Below, piece by piece: positions 35,288-44,633 of a stretch of DNA of 63,872 bases. This DNA is from Flavobacteriales bacterium (GTDB taxonomy: Bacteria; Bacteroidota; Bacteroidia; Flavobacteriales_D; Sanyastnellaceae), in contig JAKMCX010000099.1 in NCBI GenBank assembly GCA_022428285.1, positions 1 through 63,872 on the forward strand, given 5' to 3'. Position 1 is the stretch's first letter. The number at the start of each line of letters is the position of its first letter. The notes beneath the pieces are model-generated. The model had not been told where the DNA came from, made no database searches, and was given only the letters and a program-made list of their open reading frames with translations. A program made the translations under genes and the position numbers.

Positions 35288-36523
35288 ATGATGAAAGAAC
35301 TGCTCGACCGCTACAGCCAAAGGCCGCCAGAAATTGTTTTTGAGTGGTCTGATTCTGAGACTGAGGCCCGTGGATGGGTTGTGATCAACAGTTTGCGCGG
35401 CGGCGCTGCAGGTGGCGGAACGCGGATGCGCAAAGGCTTGGACAAAGGAGAAGTCATTTCCCTCGCCAAGACCATGGAGATCAAGTTCACCGTCAGTGGA
35501 CCTCAAATTGGGGGGGCGAAGAGTGGCATCAATTTTGACCCGAGCGACCCCCGCAAAGAAGGCGTGCTGCGCCGGTGGTACAAGGCCGTCACGCCATTGC
35601 TCAAGCATTACTACGGCACCGGAGGCGACCTCAACGTCGACGCGGGAAAAGAGGTCATTCCCATGACGGAGGCCTGCGGAGTTTGGCACCCTCAAGAGGG
35701 CGTGTTCAATGGCCATTTCAAGCCCAACGAAGCCCAGAAAGTGCGCCGCATTGGTCACCTGCGTCAGGGCGTAAGCCAAGTCATTGAAGACCCGGAATTT
35801 TTGCCCGATGGAGGCGGGGTTCGTTTCCGCGTTGCGGACATGATCACCGGGTATGGCGTCGCAGAATCGGTCCGTCATTTCTACAACCTCTACGGCGGTG
35901 AAGTCATGGGCAAGCGCGTTTTGGTGCAAGGCTGGGGCAACGTGGGGGCTGCAGCCGCTTTGTACCTCGCCAAGCAAGGGGCGGTCATTACGGGCATCGT
36001 AGACAGGGCTGGGGGCATTCTCAAGCCCGAAGGGATGGGTCTGAATGAGGTGCGCGCCTTGTTCCTTGCCAAGAGAGGCAACGCCTTGGTCGCCGACAAC
36101 CTCATGCCGTTCGAGGACGTTCAGGCCGCGATTTGGGATGTGGGGGCAGAAGTGTTTTTGCCGTGTGCAGCTTCTCGTTTGGTCACTGAGGAACAACTTG
36201 ACCGCATGCTCAAGGGCGGGCTTGAAGTGATTTCCGCAGGGGCCAACGTTCCCTTTGCGGACCCCGAAATTTTTCATGGTCCCATCGCCGACAAAGCGGA
36301 CCACAGCTGCGCTGTGATCCCGGATTTCATTGCCAATTGTGGCATGGCGCGTGTGTTTGCCTACCTCATGGGAGACGGACAAGTGAGCCTTTCTGATGCG
36401 TCCATATTTGAGGACACATCGGATTGCATTCGTTCTGCCATGGAGCGCTGTCATGCGCGAAATCCCGAGACCCAAGGACTGTCCGCCACGGCCATGTCCA
36501 TTGCACTTGAACAACTGGTCTAA
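35288..36523 (+). CDS. Glu/Leu/Phe/Val dehydrogenase-family protein (divergent glutamate dehydrogenase-like)
   Basis: GGTRM.., catalytic-Lys region IGGAKSGI, Rossmann VLVQGWGNVGAAAA. ATG at 35288. Confidence 0.75.
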   Translation: MMKELLDRYSQRPPEIVFEWSDSETEARGWVVINSLRGGAAGGGTRMRKGLDKGEVISLAKTMEIKFTVSGPQIGGAKSGINFDPSDPRKEGVLRRWYKAVTPLLKHYYGTGGDLNVDAGKEVIPMTEACGVWHPQEGVFNGHFKPNEAQKVRRIGHLRQGVSQVIEDPEFLPDGGGVRFRVADMITGYGVAESVRHFYNLYGGEVMGKRVLVQGWGNVGAAAALYLAKQGAVITGIVDRAGGILKPEGMGLNEVRALFLAKRGNALVADNLMPFEDVQAAIWDVGAEVFLPCAASRLVTEEQLDRMLKGGLEVISAGANVPFADPEIFHGPIADKADHSCAVIPDFIANCGMARVFAYLMGDGQVSLSDASIFEDTSDCIRSAMERCHARNPETQGLSATAMSIALEQLV

Positions 36524-36541
36524 TTCACAGATTTCTTCAAT

Positions 36542-37918
36542 ATGGCCACCATACTCATAGTCATTTTCGTCGTTGGATACCTGTTCATTGCGCTTGAGCA
36601 CAACCTGCACATAGACAAGGCCGCCAGCGCACTGATCACGGGAACCTTGTGCTGGGCAGTCCTTGTGCTCGGTTGGCACGAAGCCCCGGCGCACCTGCTG
36701 GAGTCTTACCAAGCCTTTGACCATGGCGACGGCGGACATGGCGCCCTCAAGGTGTTCTTTGAGCACAGGCTGCTCCACCACATGGAGGAAATCGCCAGCA
36801 TTCTGTTCTTCTTGCTGGGGGCGATGACGATTGTGGAACTCGTGGACGCCCACAACGGCTTTGCGGTCATCACCGACAAAATCACGACCCGAAAGAAGGG
36901 CAAACTGCTGTGGATCATTGGGGTCCTGACCTTCTTTTTCTCTGCTGCATTGGACAACCTCACGACGTCCATTGTCATGATTTCGCTCTTGCGCAAACTG
37001 ATCGCCGACAAGCCCACCCGATGGCTGTATGCTGGTGCGGTGATCATTTGTGCCAACGCCGGTGGCGCCTGGTCTCCCATCGGAGACGTCACGACCACCA
37101 TGCTGTGGATTGGCGGCCAATTGACCACGCCGGTCATCGTAACCAACCTCATCCTCCCGAGCATCGTCTGCATGGTGGTGCCACTCACCATCATGTCCAT
37201 CCGCATGAAGGGGGAGGTAGAGCGCCCCAAGTTGCTCGATCCCGATGAGGATTCAGACCCCACTACCAAAGGGGAGCGCAACCTCATTTTTGCGATGGGA
37301 GTGAGTGGATTGCTCTTTGTTCCCATCTTCAAGACGGTCACCCATTTGCCTCCATTTATGGGGATGATGATGTCCTTGGGCGTTTTGTGGCTGACGACAG
37401 AGGTGTTGCACCGGTCCAAGAATGACCAAGACCGCAAGACCTTGAGTGTGGTCGGTGTCCTGCGCAAAATTGACACGGCCTCCGTGATGTTCTTTTTGGG
37501 CATTCTGTTGGCCGTCGCTGCCTTGCAGGAAGCGGGCCATTTGATCTTGACCGCCGATTGGTTGCGCAACACCTTGGGCGATGTCTACCTCATCAACATC
37601 GCCATCGGACTGCTGTCGGCCATTGTGGACAATGTGCCGCTGGTGGCAGCGAGCATGGGCATGTACCCCATCGCCGATCCTGGGGCCACTGAGTGGTTGG
37701 CCTATTTCGTTCAAGACGGCTTGTTCTGGCAGTTTCTCGCCTATTGCGCTGGAACGGGCGGCAGTGCACTGATCATTGGCAGTGCTGCAGGTGTGGCCGT
37801 TATGGGGCTTGAGAAAATCGACTTCGTCTGGTACCTCAAGCGCATGAGCCTATTGGCCATTGCTGGTTACCTCGCAGGTGCGGGAGTTTACTGGCTCATG
37901 TTTGGCTTGGGCGCCTAA
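36542..37918 (+). CDS. nhaD: NhaD-family Na+/H+ antiporter
   Basis: 458 aa polytopic. The N-terminus MATILIVIFVVGYLFIALEH..IDKAA and ..DNLTTSIVM.. are typical of NhaD/ArsB-superfamily transporters. Confidence 0.8.
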   Translation: MATILIVIFVVGYLFIALEHNLHIDKAASALITGTLCWAVLVLGWHEAPAHLLESYQAFDHGDGGHGALKVFFEHRLLHHMEEIASILFFLLGAMTIVELVDAHNGFAVITDKITTRKKGKLLWIIGVLTFFFSAALDNLTTSIVMISLLRKLIADKPTRWLYAGAVIICANAGGAWSPIGDVTTTMLWIGGQLTTPVIVTNLILPSIVCMVVPLTIMSIRMKGEVERPKLLDPDEDSDPTTKGERNLIFAMGVSGLLFVPIFKTVTHLPPFMGMMMSLGVLWLTTEVLHRSKNDQDRKTLSVVGVLRKIDTASVMFFLGILLAVAALQEAGHLILTADWLRNTLGDVYLINIAIGLLSAIVDNVPLVAASMGMYPIADPGATEWLAYFVQDGLFWQFLAYCAGTGGSALIIGSAAGVAVMGLEKIDFVWYLKRMSLLAIAGYLAGAGVYWLMFGLGA

Positions 37919-38020
37919 GGGCGCAAGTGTGAACACCGCGCGGGTGGAAACACGCGCGGGGCATATCGCAAGCGGCATACTGAAACCGCGACCTTCGGCG
38001 TTGGACTTCAAGCCCACGTC

Positions 38021-38770
38021 ATGATCGCAACCCACATCCCCTCCTTCGTCCTGATGCGCATCCAGGACCTGACCCTCGGCGGCACCACTGTCCAAGACCC
38101 CGGGTCTGGAGCAGATGCGATGGCCGCTTCCGGTGAGGTCGTTACGCGCGATGTCTCCATTATGGAATTGCTCATCTCGGGTGGATGGTACATCATGCTG
38201 CCGCTGGCCATCATGAGCTTCATCGCGCTGTTCATCTTCTTTGAACGGTCCATGGCAATCCGCAAGGCCTCTAAAGAGGACAAGGATTTCATGGCCAAAC
38301 TCAAGGATTACCTGTCGGCCGGGAACCTCGATTCTGCGCGCAACCTCTGCGAGCAAAGCGGCACCCCCATCGCGCGCATGCTGCACAAAGGCATTGCCCG
38401 CATTGGCAAACCGCTCAAAGACATTTCGACCAGCATCGAAAACGTGGGCAAGCTCGAGATCTATAGCATGGAGCGCAACTTGAGCACCTTGGCTACCATC
38501 GCAGGTGCCGCTCCCATGATTGGCTTCTTGGGAACGGTCATCGGCATGGTGAATGTCTTCCTCGACATGGAAAGTGCGGGCATGGTGCGCGTAGACGACA
38601 TCTCTTCGGGGACAAAGCAGGCGATGATCACGACCATCGTCGGCCTGATCGTCGGCATCATCGCTTACATGGCTTACAACCACCTGGTGAGCCGGGTGAG
38701 CAAGGTGATCCACAAGATGGAAGCCAGCTCATTGGAATTCATTGACATTCTCGAGGAACCCGCCCGCTGA
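38021..38770 (+). CDS. exbB: MotA/TolQ/ExbB proton-channel protein
   Basis: TM1 WYIMLPLAIMSFIALFIFFER and C-terminal TIAGAAPMIGFLGTVIGMV motif. The start is uncertain (alternative ATGs up to 38162). Confidence 0.85.
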   Translation: MIATHIPSFVLMRIQDLTLGGTTVQDPGSGADAMAASGEVVTRDVSIMELLISGGWYIMLPLAIMSFIALFIFFERSMAIRKASKEDKDFMAKLKDYLSAGNLDSARNLCEQSGTPIARMLHKGIARIGKPLKDISTSIENVGKLEIYSMERNLSTLATIAGAAPMIGFLGTVIGMVNVFLDMESAGMVRVDDISSGTKQAMITTIVGLIVGIIAYMAYNHLVSRVSKVIHKMEASSLEFIDILEEPAR

Positions 38771-39162
38771 TGAACCTCTCACAGCGCAACCAAGTGCAGT
38801 CCGGGGGCAACATGTCCTCGATGACGGACCTCGTGTTCCTCCTGCTCATCTTCTTCATCATCCTGTCGACGTTGGTGTCGAACGGGGTCAACGTGGACCT
38901 TCCCCAGAGCAAGGGCACGAGCAGTGCGAGCTCTCGGCTGACGGTGTCGATCAAACCCGATGGCAGTTATTACCTCAACGGGGTCGCGATTGCACGGGCT
39001 GACATTGAGCCCGCCTTGATGGTGAAGTTCTCTGATCAGGCCGATCCGGTGCTGTATTTGCAGGTAGACCAAGCCGTTCCCACTGGACAGACCGTCGAAG
39101 TCATCGGCTTGGCCAAGGCCAACGACTGGAAAGTCATGCTCGGGGCTCAACCCACCCGCTAA
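38770..39162 (+). CDS. exbD: ExbD/TolR biopolymer transport protein
   Basis: 130 aa with single TM MTDLVFLLLIFFIILS. Start/stop overlap (TGATG) with exbB. Confidence 0.85.
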   Translation: MNLSQRNQVQSGGNMSSMTDLVFLLLIFFIILSTLVSNGVNVDLPQSKGTSSASSRLTVSIKPDGSYYLNGVAIARADIEPALMVKFSDQADPVLYLQVDQAVPTGQTVEVIGLAKANDWKVMLGAQPTR

Positions 39163-39170
39163 ACCTGGAG

Positions 39171-39974
39171 ATGTCAGGATTTGATTGGAACCGCCACCAG
39201 GAAGACCTGGAACGCAAGGAGCGCCGCCGCGCTGCCGTGCTGTCCACGGTAACGTACGCTGCCATTCTGGCGGCCTGCTTCTTTTTTGTGGCTTTCCAAG
39301 AAGTGACGCCTCCGCCGGGCGAGCAATTCGTCGCGGTGGGCATGGCGGATTTCGGAAACGTCGAGGAAGCAGGAGGTGACCGCGAGACCGAGGTGCCTTC
39401 GGAGCAAGTCGAAGAAGTGGTGGAACAAGAGGTCAGTGAGTCGACTGCAGAAGAAGTGGCCCCCGTGGAGACCATCGAGACCCAAGAGGTCAGCGAAGTG
39501 GATGTGCCCACGCAAGAAGAACCTGTAGAAACCCCCACAGAAGTGGAGGATCCAGACCCCGAGATTTCCGATGACCTGTCCAATGCGTTGAATCAGATGT
39601 TCAGCAATTCCGGTGGCGGAGGTTCAGAGGGACAACAACAAGGCACCGGCAACAGCGGCGCTGAGGACGGGCAGATTGAAGGCACCGGGGTTGTTTCTGG
39701 TGAATTCGGGGACAGCTTTTTGGAAGGAGGCACCATGGTCGGTGAACCCAACCTCGACAGGAAACCGGACGAAGAGGGGGTGGTGAGAATGAAAATCTAT
39801 GTCGACAAATCAGGGGCGGTGACCGATGCCCGTTTTGATGCGGCCAACAGCACAACATCGAGCAGCCGGCTGGTGGCCCTCGCCAAAGAGGCGGCCTTGA
39901 CGGCCAAGTTTAGCAGCCACCCAACCAAGCCGACGCGCATCGGCTGGATTCAGTTCAATTTCGAATTGCAGTAA
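39171..39974 (+). CDS. TonB-like energy transducer (acidic rather than Pro-rich linker)
   Basis: N-terminal TM (AVLSTVTYAAILAACFFFVAF), an E/V/T-rich linker, and a C-terminal TonB-like domain (GVVRMKIYVDKSGAVTDARF..IQFNFEL). Confidence 0.7.
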   Translation: MSGFDWNRHQEDLERKERRRAAVLSTVTYAAILAACFFFVAFQEVTPPPGEQFVAVGMADFGNVEEAGGDRETEVPSEQVEEVVEQEVSESTAEEVAPVETIETQEVSEVDVPTQEEPVETPTEVEDPDPEISDDLSNALNQMFSNSGGGGSEGQQQGTGNSGAEDGQIEGTGVVSGEFGDSFLEGGTMVGEPNLDRKPDEEGVVRMKIYVDKSGAVTDARFDAANSTTSSSRLVALAKEAALTAKFSSHPTKPTRIGWIQFNFELQ

Positions 39975-40020
39975 TCTGCAAGACCTGTGGATGACCGCCT
40001 TGACGCAATAAGTTTGGGCC

Positions 40021-41241
40021 ATGGAATACGATGAGGTTTTGGAATGGCTGTACCAACAGCTGCCCATGTTTCAGCGGACCGGTCCGGTGCGTTATAGAAT
40101 TGACCTCGCCAAAACCCACGGTCTTTGTGCCGCCCTCGGACACCCTGAGAAGGGCCTGAAAGTGATTCACATCGCAGGAACCAATGGCAAAGGTTCGGTG
40201 AGCCATGCAGTGGCAGCGACGCTGACCCGACGGGGCCTGAAGGTGGGGCTCTACACTTCTCCGCATTTGTCGGATCCCCGCGAGCGCATTCGGATAGATG
40301 GCGTCCTGATTTCCAAGCAGGAATTCACCGCATTTGTGGAGGACCACAGGTCCATTTGGGACGCACACCAGCCCAGTTTTTTCGAACTGATGTTCACCAT
40401 GTCGCTCTGCCATTTCAGCAGCAAGGGCGCAGATGTAGTGGTGTTGGAAACAGGTATGGGAGGTCGACTGGATTCAACCAACATCTTTCCTGCACCGCTC
40501 GTGACGGCCATCACTTCCATAGGGTTGGACCATCAGCAGTTTTTGGGGCCCGATGTGAGGTCCATTGCCGGCGAGAAAGCGGGCATCCTCAAGGAAGGAG
40601 TACCATGCGTTGTGGGGGTGCTGCCGCCTGAAGCCCGTTCTGTGGTTTTGGAGCGTTCCATGCGGCTCGGGGTCGAAGTGTACGATGGGCTACCGGGAAC
40701 CGCACCAATGGATGGGCCGGAGTGGCTTCAGAGGAATACTGCAGTGGCGCGGCGCATACTGTCGTTGCTGGGCAGCCAAGACAGCGACGAAGAGGTTCTG
40801 GTCGGAGGGCCTTCGGCTTGGGGCCTGCGGGGAAGGTGGCACCGGTGGAATGAAGACGTCATTCTGGATTGTGCCCACAACGTAGAAGGGCTCACGGCCA
40901 CAGGAAAAGCCCTGGCAGCCATCAAGCGTCCATTGCGCATCGTGTTTGCCACCGTTGCCGACAAAGACGTGTCTGAAGCGCTCAGATGCCTCCCTGAGGC
41001 CAAGCAGCACTATTGGAGCGCGGCGGATATTCCAAGGGCGATGGGTGCAGCCGAACTGCAGCGCAAGGCGGACAGTGCAGGTCGCACTGGAGATGTATAC
41101 AGCAGCGTTGGAGCAGCATTGCTGCAGGCCATGAAAGACCGCAGGGCAGACGAGCTTGTCGCCGTGATTGGCAGCGTGTTTACGGTGGGCGAAGCGCTGT
41201 CCGCCTTGGAATCAGATGCCGGAGGCCCTCAAGGGCATTGA
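40021..41241 (+). CDS. folC: Folylpolyglutamate synthase / dihydrofolate synthase
   Basis: 406 aa Mur-ligase fold; HIAGTNGKGS P-loop. Confidence 0.9.
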   Translation: MEYDEVLEWLYQQLPMFQRTGPVRYRIDLAKTHGLCAALGHPEKGLKVIHIAGTNGKGSVSHAVAATLTRRGLKVGLYTSPHLSDPRERIRIDGVLISKQEFTAFVEDHRSIWDAHQPSFFELMFTMSLCHFSSKGADVVVLETGMGGRLDSTNIFPAPLVTAITSIGLDHQQFLGPDVRSIAGEKAGILKEGVPCVVGVLPPEARSVVLERSMRLGVEVYDGLPGTAPMDGPEWLQRNTAVARRILSLLGSQDSDEEVLVGGPSAWGLRGRWHRWNEDVILDCAHNVEGLTATGKALAAIKRPLRIVFATVADKDVSEALRCLPEAKQHYWSAADIPRAMGAAELQRKADSAGRTGDVYSSVGAALLQAMKDRRADELVAVIGSVFTVGEALSALESDAGGPQGH

Positions 41242-43433
41242 CATCCGTAGATTCCGAGCAGGATCAGCAAGTCCGTGGTGCCTACGAGGTCATCCAGGTC
41301 GATGTCTGCAGGGTGAGGACCAATGTTGCCAAAGTTGGCCAGCATGTACAGGACATCTTCCACGGTTTGTTCGCCATCGCCATCGAGGTCTCCCAAGCAC
41401 CCGCCGTATGGCCCGAAGCCACAGGTGTTGTTGATGGATCCATCGAAGTATGAGTTGGCCAACGCTACGGATTGGGTGCCGCAAACGATGCCCATTTGAC
41501 GTCCGCGGATGTCATCCGTTACGGGGTGTATGCCTCCCCAAATTCGAGAAAGGCTGCACTGGTCCGAAGCGTCATAATAGGTGGCCCATTGCAAGGTGAC
41601 GTCAACGCTGGGGCCCACTTCAAAGACCAAGAAGTCGTCTTGGGGGCATTCAAATTCTCCCATGCCACCCGGGAAATAGGGGTCGCCGGTAACGGCAGTC
41701 AGCACTTCTGCCGCAGAGCGGCTGAAGGTGGAGTGCCCCGAAACGTATCCCGCAAAGGGAGGGGTCACAAAACTGGGCCGCTGATATGGCCACCAATTTT
41801 CGGCCAAGATCCAGCCCGCACCAGAAATGTTGCCGGTCGTATCCACGGGTACCTCGATGCCGTTCTCGGCTTCATATGTGTCGATGTAGTCCGGCCCTTT
41901 CCATGTAAAGACCTTGATTTTACCGATGTTTTCACCTCCCGTGCCCGCGAGGCTGTCGGTGTCATCAATCAACTCAATAAATCCAGGGTACAGTGGAATT
42001 CCACTGGGGCTGTAGCTCGGCAGCGCAGGGTCCGAGGATTGACCTTGGCCTGCCATGTAGCGGATGGCAGAGACAGGACGCACGTAATCGTAATACCCCT
42101 TGACGCTCCATGCAGCGATGGCAGCATCGTGGACCGCACCACCTAGGGTGAGGTAAGCCTTCACCTCGTATTCCAATGGATCGATTTCATCGCCTTCGCC
42201 CATCCAATCGTAGGTGAATTCAGGGTGTTCCATCACCTCGTTTAAAATGCTAAACCAATGGCCAGGTGGTGTTTCACTGTCGGGTCCATCTGCCCAGAAT
42301 TCGGCCAGGATGCGCGAGTAGTCGCCCAGAGGGACTGATTGCTCCTCATAAGGGAGTCCCGTAACGGGGTTGAGGTCATGGCCCAATCCTGCGTCTCCAC
42401 CATCGAGGTAGTTGTAGAATGTGCCATAATCGGACAGGCTTTCAGGGAATGCAGGGGCATTTCCAATGTTGGCGGGACTGACATCGACCATGACGCCATT
42501 GTAAGGATCGTGGTGGGACTGCCAAATGCTGACCATCGCGAAGTGATGCTTGTACATGCTGTCCGCATCGGCAGGTTGATCGCCTCCAATGTAGACTGGC
42601 GCACCGGGGTCCAACCAAGTGGGCCACGTTTCTCCATCGCGCTCATTCAGGACCATTTGGGTGTCTTCCAGCGCGAAGGGTGCCACCCAACCCCACTCGG
42701 GGCTTTGGAAAGGGGGTGAACTGTCCAATACTTGGCCAGATTGGTCCACAAAACCATTGATGGCCAGAGGCTGCCAACGGTTGGGGTCCGCAATCGTCGG
42801 GTTTCCCGGGTCAGAGACCACGAGTTGGTCATTGAACGGTTCGTAGTAAACGTTGAGGTAATCGAAGACTTCGTTGGCACCATCTTGAATCCCGAAAGCA
42901 ATGACCTGTTCGGCGATGTAGTTTCCCAAGGCGGCTGGGGAGCCGTTCACATAATTGGTAGAGGTGAGGGAAGGGTCAAATCCGTTCGCTGTGAACAGAG
43001 AGTCAAAACGGGCCTGCGCCGTGACCACCCCTGGAGAGGAGGCGTAGCGGTGGGTCAACACCCTGTAAGCCGCATATGAGATGGCCTCCTTTCGGGCGTC
43101 AGGAATGTTCAGGAAGGGGAGGATGGACTCTGAAATGCCATCAAACTCGGCAGTGTATCCGTGCAGTGTTTTTCCCAGCAGTACCGTTTCGGCCACGTCA
43201 TCATAGGCGGCCCATGCGTCGTACATCGCCAGAGAAACGTGGTACAAGTTCCGGGCGTGAATGGGCGGACGGGCAAAGTCCACACGGATTCCTTTGAGCT
43301 GAACTTCAATCCATTCATAGGCGATGTCGTGCTCACTTTCACCTTGGGCAAAGGCGGAGAGGGGGAGCAACAGAGCGAGTAAGAATGAGATGCGCATTAA
43401 GGGGGACTTCGTTTCGGGCAGTATTCTCATCAT
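41229..43433 (-). CDS. Secreted PAP2-superfamily enzyme, vanadium-dependent haloperoxidase-like, with C-terminal double dockerin-like tag
   Basis: 734 aa. Signal peptide MRISFLLALLLPLSAFA/QG. Intact motifs K-x6-RP (KGYYDYVRP), SGH (YVSGHSTF) and SR-x5-H-x3-D (SRIWGGIHPVTD). The start may be at 43397. Confidence 0.8.
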   Translation of the reverse strand: MMRILPETKSPLMRISFLLALLLPLSAFAQGESEHDIAYEWIEVQLKGIRVDFARPPIHARNLYHVSLAMYDAWAAYDDVAETVLLGKTLHGYTAEFDGISESILPFLNIPDARKEAISYAAYRVLTHRYASSPGVVTAQARFDSLFTANGFDPSLTSTNYVNGSPAALGNYIAEQVIAFGIQDGANEVFDYLNVYYEPFNDQLVVSDPGNPTIADPNRWQPLAINGFVDQSGQVLDSSPPFQSPEWGWVAPFALEDTQMVLNERDGETWPTWLDPGAPVYIGGDQPADADSMYKHHFAMVSIWQSHHDPYNGVMVDVSPANIGNAPAFPESLSDYGTFYNYLDGGDAGLGHDLNPVTGLPYEEQSVPLGDYSRILAEFWADGPDSETPPGHWFSILNEVMEHPEFTYDWMGEGDEIDPLEYEVKAYLTLGGAVHDAAIAAWSVKGYYDYVRPVSAIRYMAGQGQSSDPALPSYSPSGIPLYPGFIELIDDTDSLAGTGGENIGKIKVFTWKGPDYIDTYEAENGIEVPVDTTGNISGAGWILAENWWPYQRPSFVTPPFAGYVSGHSTFSRSAAEVLTAVTGDPYFPGGMGEFECPQDDFLVFEVGPSVDVTLQWATYYDASDQCSLSRIWGGIHPVTDDIRGRQMGIVCGTQSVALANSYFDGSINNTCGFGPYGGCLGDLDGDGEQTVEDVLYMLANFGNIGPHPADIDLDDLVGTTDLLILLGIYGCQCP
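41232..41399 (-). other. C-terminal Cys-flanked dockerin-like tag, two EF-hand-like repeats
   Basis: CLGDLDGDGEQTVEDVLYMLANFGNIGPHPADIDLDDLVGTTDLLILLGIYGCQCP. Confidence 0.6.
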
Positions 43434-43633
43434 TGAATGCTGTCTGCAAGGGGTGACTAAAAACGCAAAGCTGACTGAGGACCTTGAAGGGCGGCAATGC
43501 TGCCGGCATCATTCAAGTGAGACAAGAACAAACCAAGCCCCTGGGCTCGGAAGCAATTCTTCTGGGTCTTACGACGGTCTCTAGCAAACATATCCTTCCT
43601 TAAGATACGCACTGTTTTGGCAACGGGGTGCCT

Positions 43634-43711
43634 TGGTGGGCGGTGAGGGACTCGAACCCCCGACCCCCTCGGTGTAAACGAGGTGCTCTGAACCAGCTGA
43701 GCTAACCGCCC
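43634..43711 (-). tRNA. tRNA-Val (anticodon TAC), CCA encoded
   Basis: Hand-folded cloverleaf: acceptor GGGCGGT/ACCGCCC, D-arm GCTC..GAGC, anticodon arm CCTCG-TTTACAC-CGAGG, T-arm GGGGG-TTCGAGT-CCCTC, then ACCA. Confidence 0.95.
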
Positions 43712-43755
43712 TTAAGAGGTGCAAAAATAGGGCAAGGAAGTCCGAAATTGCCGAC

Positions 43756-44586
43756 ATGAATCGCACATCCGGATTGCGGGGTTGGTCGAAATGGCTTGTA
43801 GGGTGGGGTAGGCTGGAAAAAATCCGCGTCTCAGAGGCCCTGTTTTCACCGTATGTCGCGGCATGGAGAGGCGTACGCAAGTCTCAGGTTTTCAGTCAAA
43901 TAAAGAGGGTGGAGCGGGCGCTCAGAAAGACGGAGGATGTGGTGGAGTTGCGCGATTTCGGAGCGGGTTGTCCGGCGGAGGGAAGATTGAGAAAATCTTC
44001 GGTATCCAGCATGGCCAAATCGGCTTCCTCGGACCCCCGCAAAGGCCAGTGGTTGATGGCGGCGGCCCAGGCAGCCGGGGTTGGCGGGCGCAATCCGGTG
44101 CGCATTTTGGAGTTGGGCACTTGTTTGGGGTCTGGAGGAGATTATCTGCTTTCTGGTGCTCCACAAGGTTCCTCCTATCTGGGTTTGGAGGGCAGCGCTT
44201 CTTTGGCCGATTGGACAAGACGCAGGTTGCAGCGACACTCCGATGCAGGAATGGATGTTCGCGTCGAAACCGGTCCGTTTGAACAGACCCTGCCTGCAGT
44301 GATTGCCGCCAAAAGGCCGTTTGACTTGGTCTTCCTTGACGGTTGTCACGAAGGTGAAATCCTCATGGACCAATGGCGGAAGATTCAACCTCTGTTGGCG
44401 CCCAATGGCTTGGTGGTGGTCGACGACATCCGCTGGTCCGTGGACATGCATGCCGCTTGGCTTCGGTTGGCTTCAGATCCTAAAATGGCAGCCTTGGACT
44501 TGTTTCGAATGGGGATCTTGACCCCAGATGCAGCAGCCGGACCCCGGGATGGCGCAGCGAGGGTGTCGTGGCGCCAAAGGGCCTGA
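43756..44586 (+). CDS. Class I SAM-dependent (O-)methyltransferase
   Basis: 276 aa; SAM motif ILELGTCLGSGGDYL and post-I/II acidic residues (LVFLDGCHEG, VVVDDI). Confidence 0.7.
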   Translation: MNRTSGLRGWSKWLVGWGRLEKIRVSEALFSPYVAAWRGVRKSQVFSQIKRVERALRKTEDVVELRDFGAGCPAEGRLRKSSVSSMAKSASSDPRKGQWLMAAAQAAGVGGRNPVRILELGTCLGSGGDYLLSGAPQGSSYLGLEGSASLADWTRRRLQRHSDAGMDVRVETGPFEQTLPAVIAAKRPFDLVFLDGCHEGEILMDQWRKIQPLLAPNGLVVVDDIRWSVDMHAAWLRLASDPKMAALDLFRMGILTPDAAAGPRDGAARVSWRQRA

Positions 44587-44633
44587 ATCCCAAAAGTGCA
44601 GCAGCCCTTTTCAGAGGGTACCTTCGCGCCGCA

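Noticed and set aside
35045-37120. 691-aa ORF on the minus strand spanning the anmK end, the dehydrogenase-like gene and nhaD
   Set aside because: It occupies the codon-aligned antisense frame of two well-supported plus-strand genes that happen to share a frame (35279 and 36542 are both 2 mod 3). That frame stays open when TTA/CTA/TCA codons are rare, as in this GC-rich genome. The product is R/G/H/V-rich with no recognisable motif.
37919-38020. GC-rich imperfect hairpin (CCGCGCG ... CGCGCGG) after nhaD as a terminator
   Set aside because: It has a 10-nt loop and no following T-run, which is too weak to call.
39134-39583. 149-aa Ser/Thr-rich minus-strand ORF
   Set aside because: Antisense to the acidic linker of the TonB-like gene; low complexity.
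43434-43755. Flanks of tRNA-Val, and of tRNA-Phe at 62339..62775, examined for integrases, att-like direct repeats or island junctions
   Set aside because: No integrase or recombinase genes and no repeat of the tRNA 3' end were seen within the window. The neighbours are ordinary genes.
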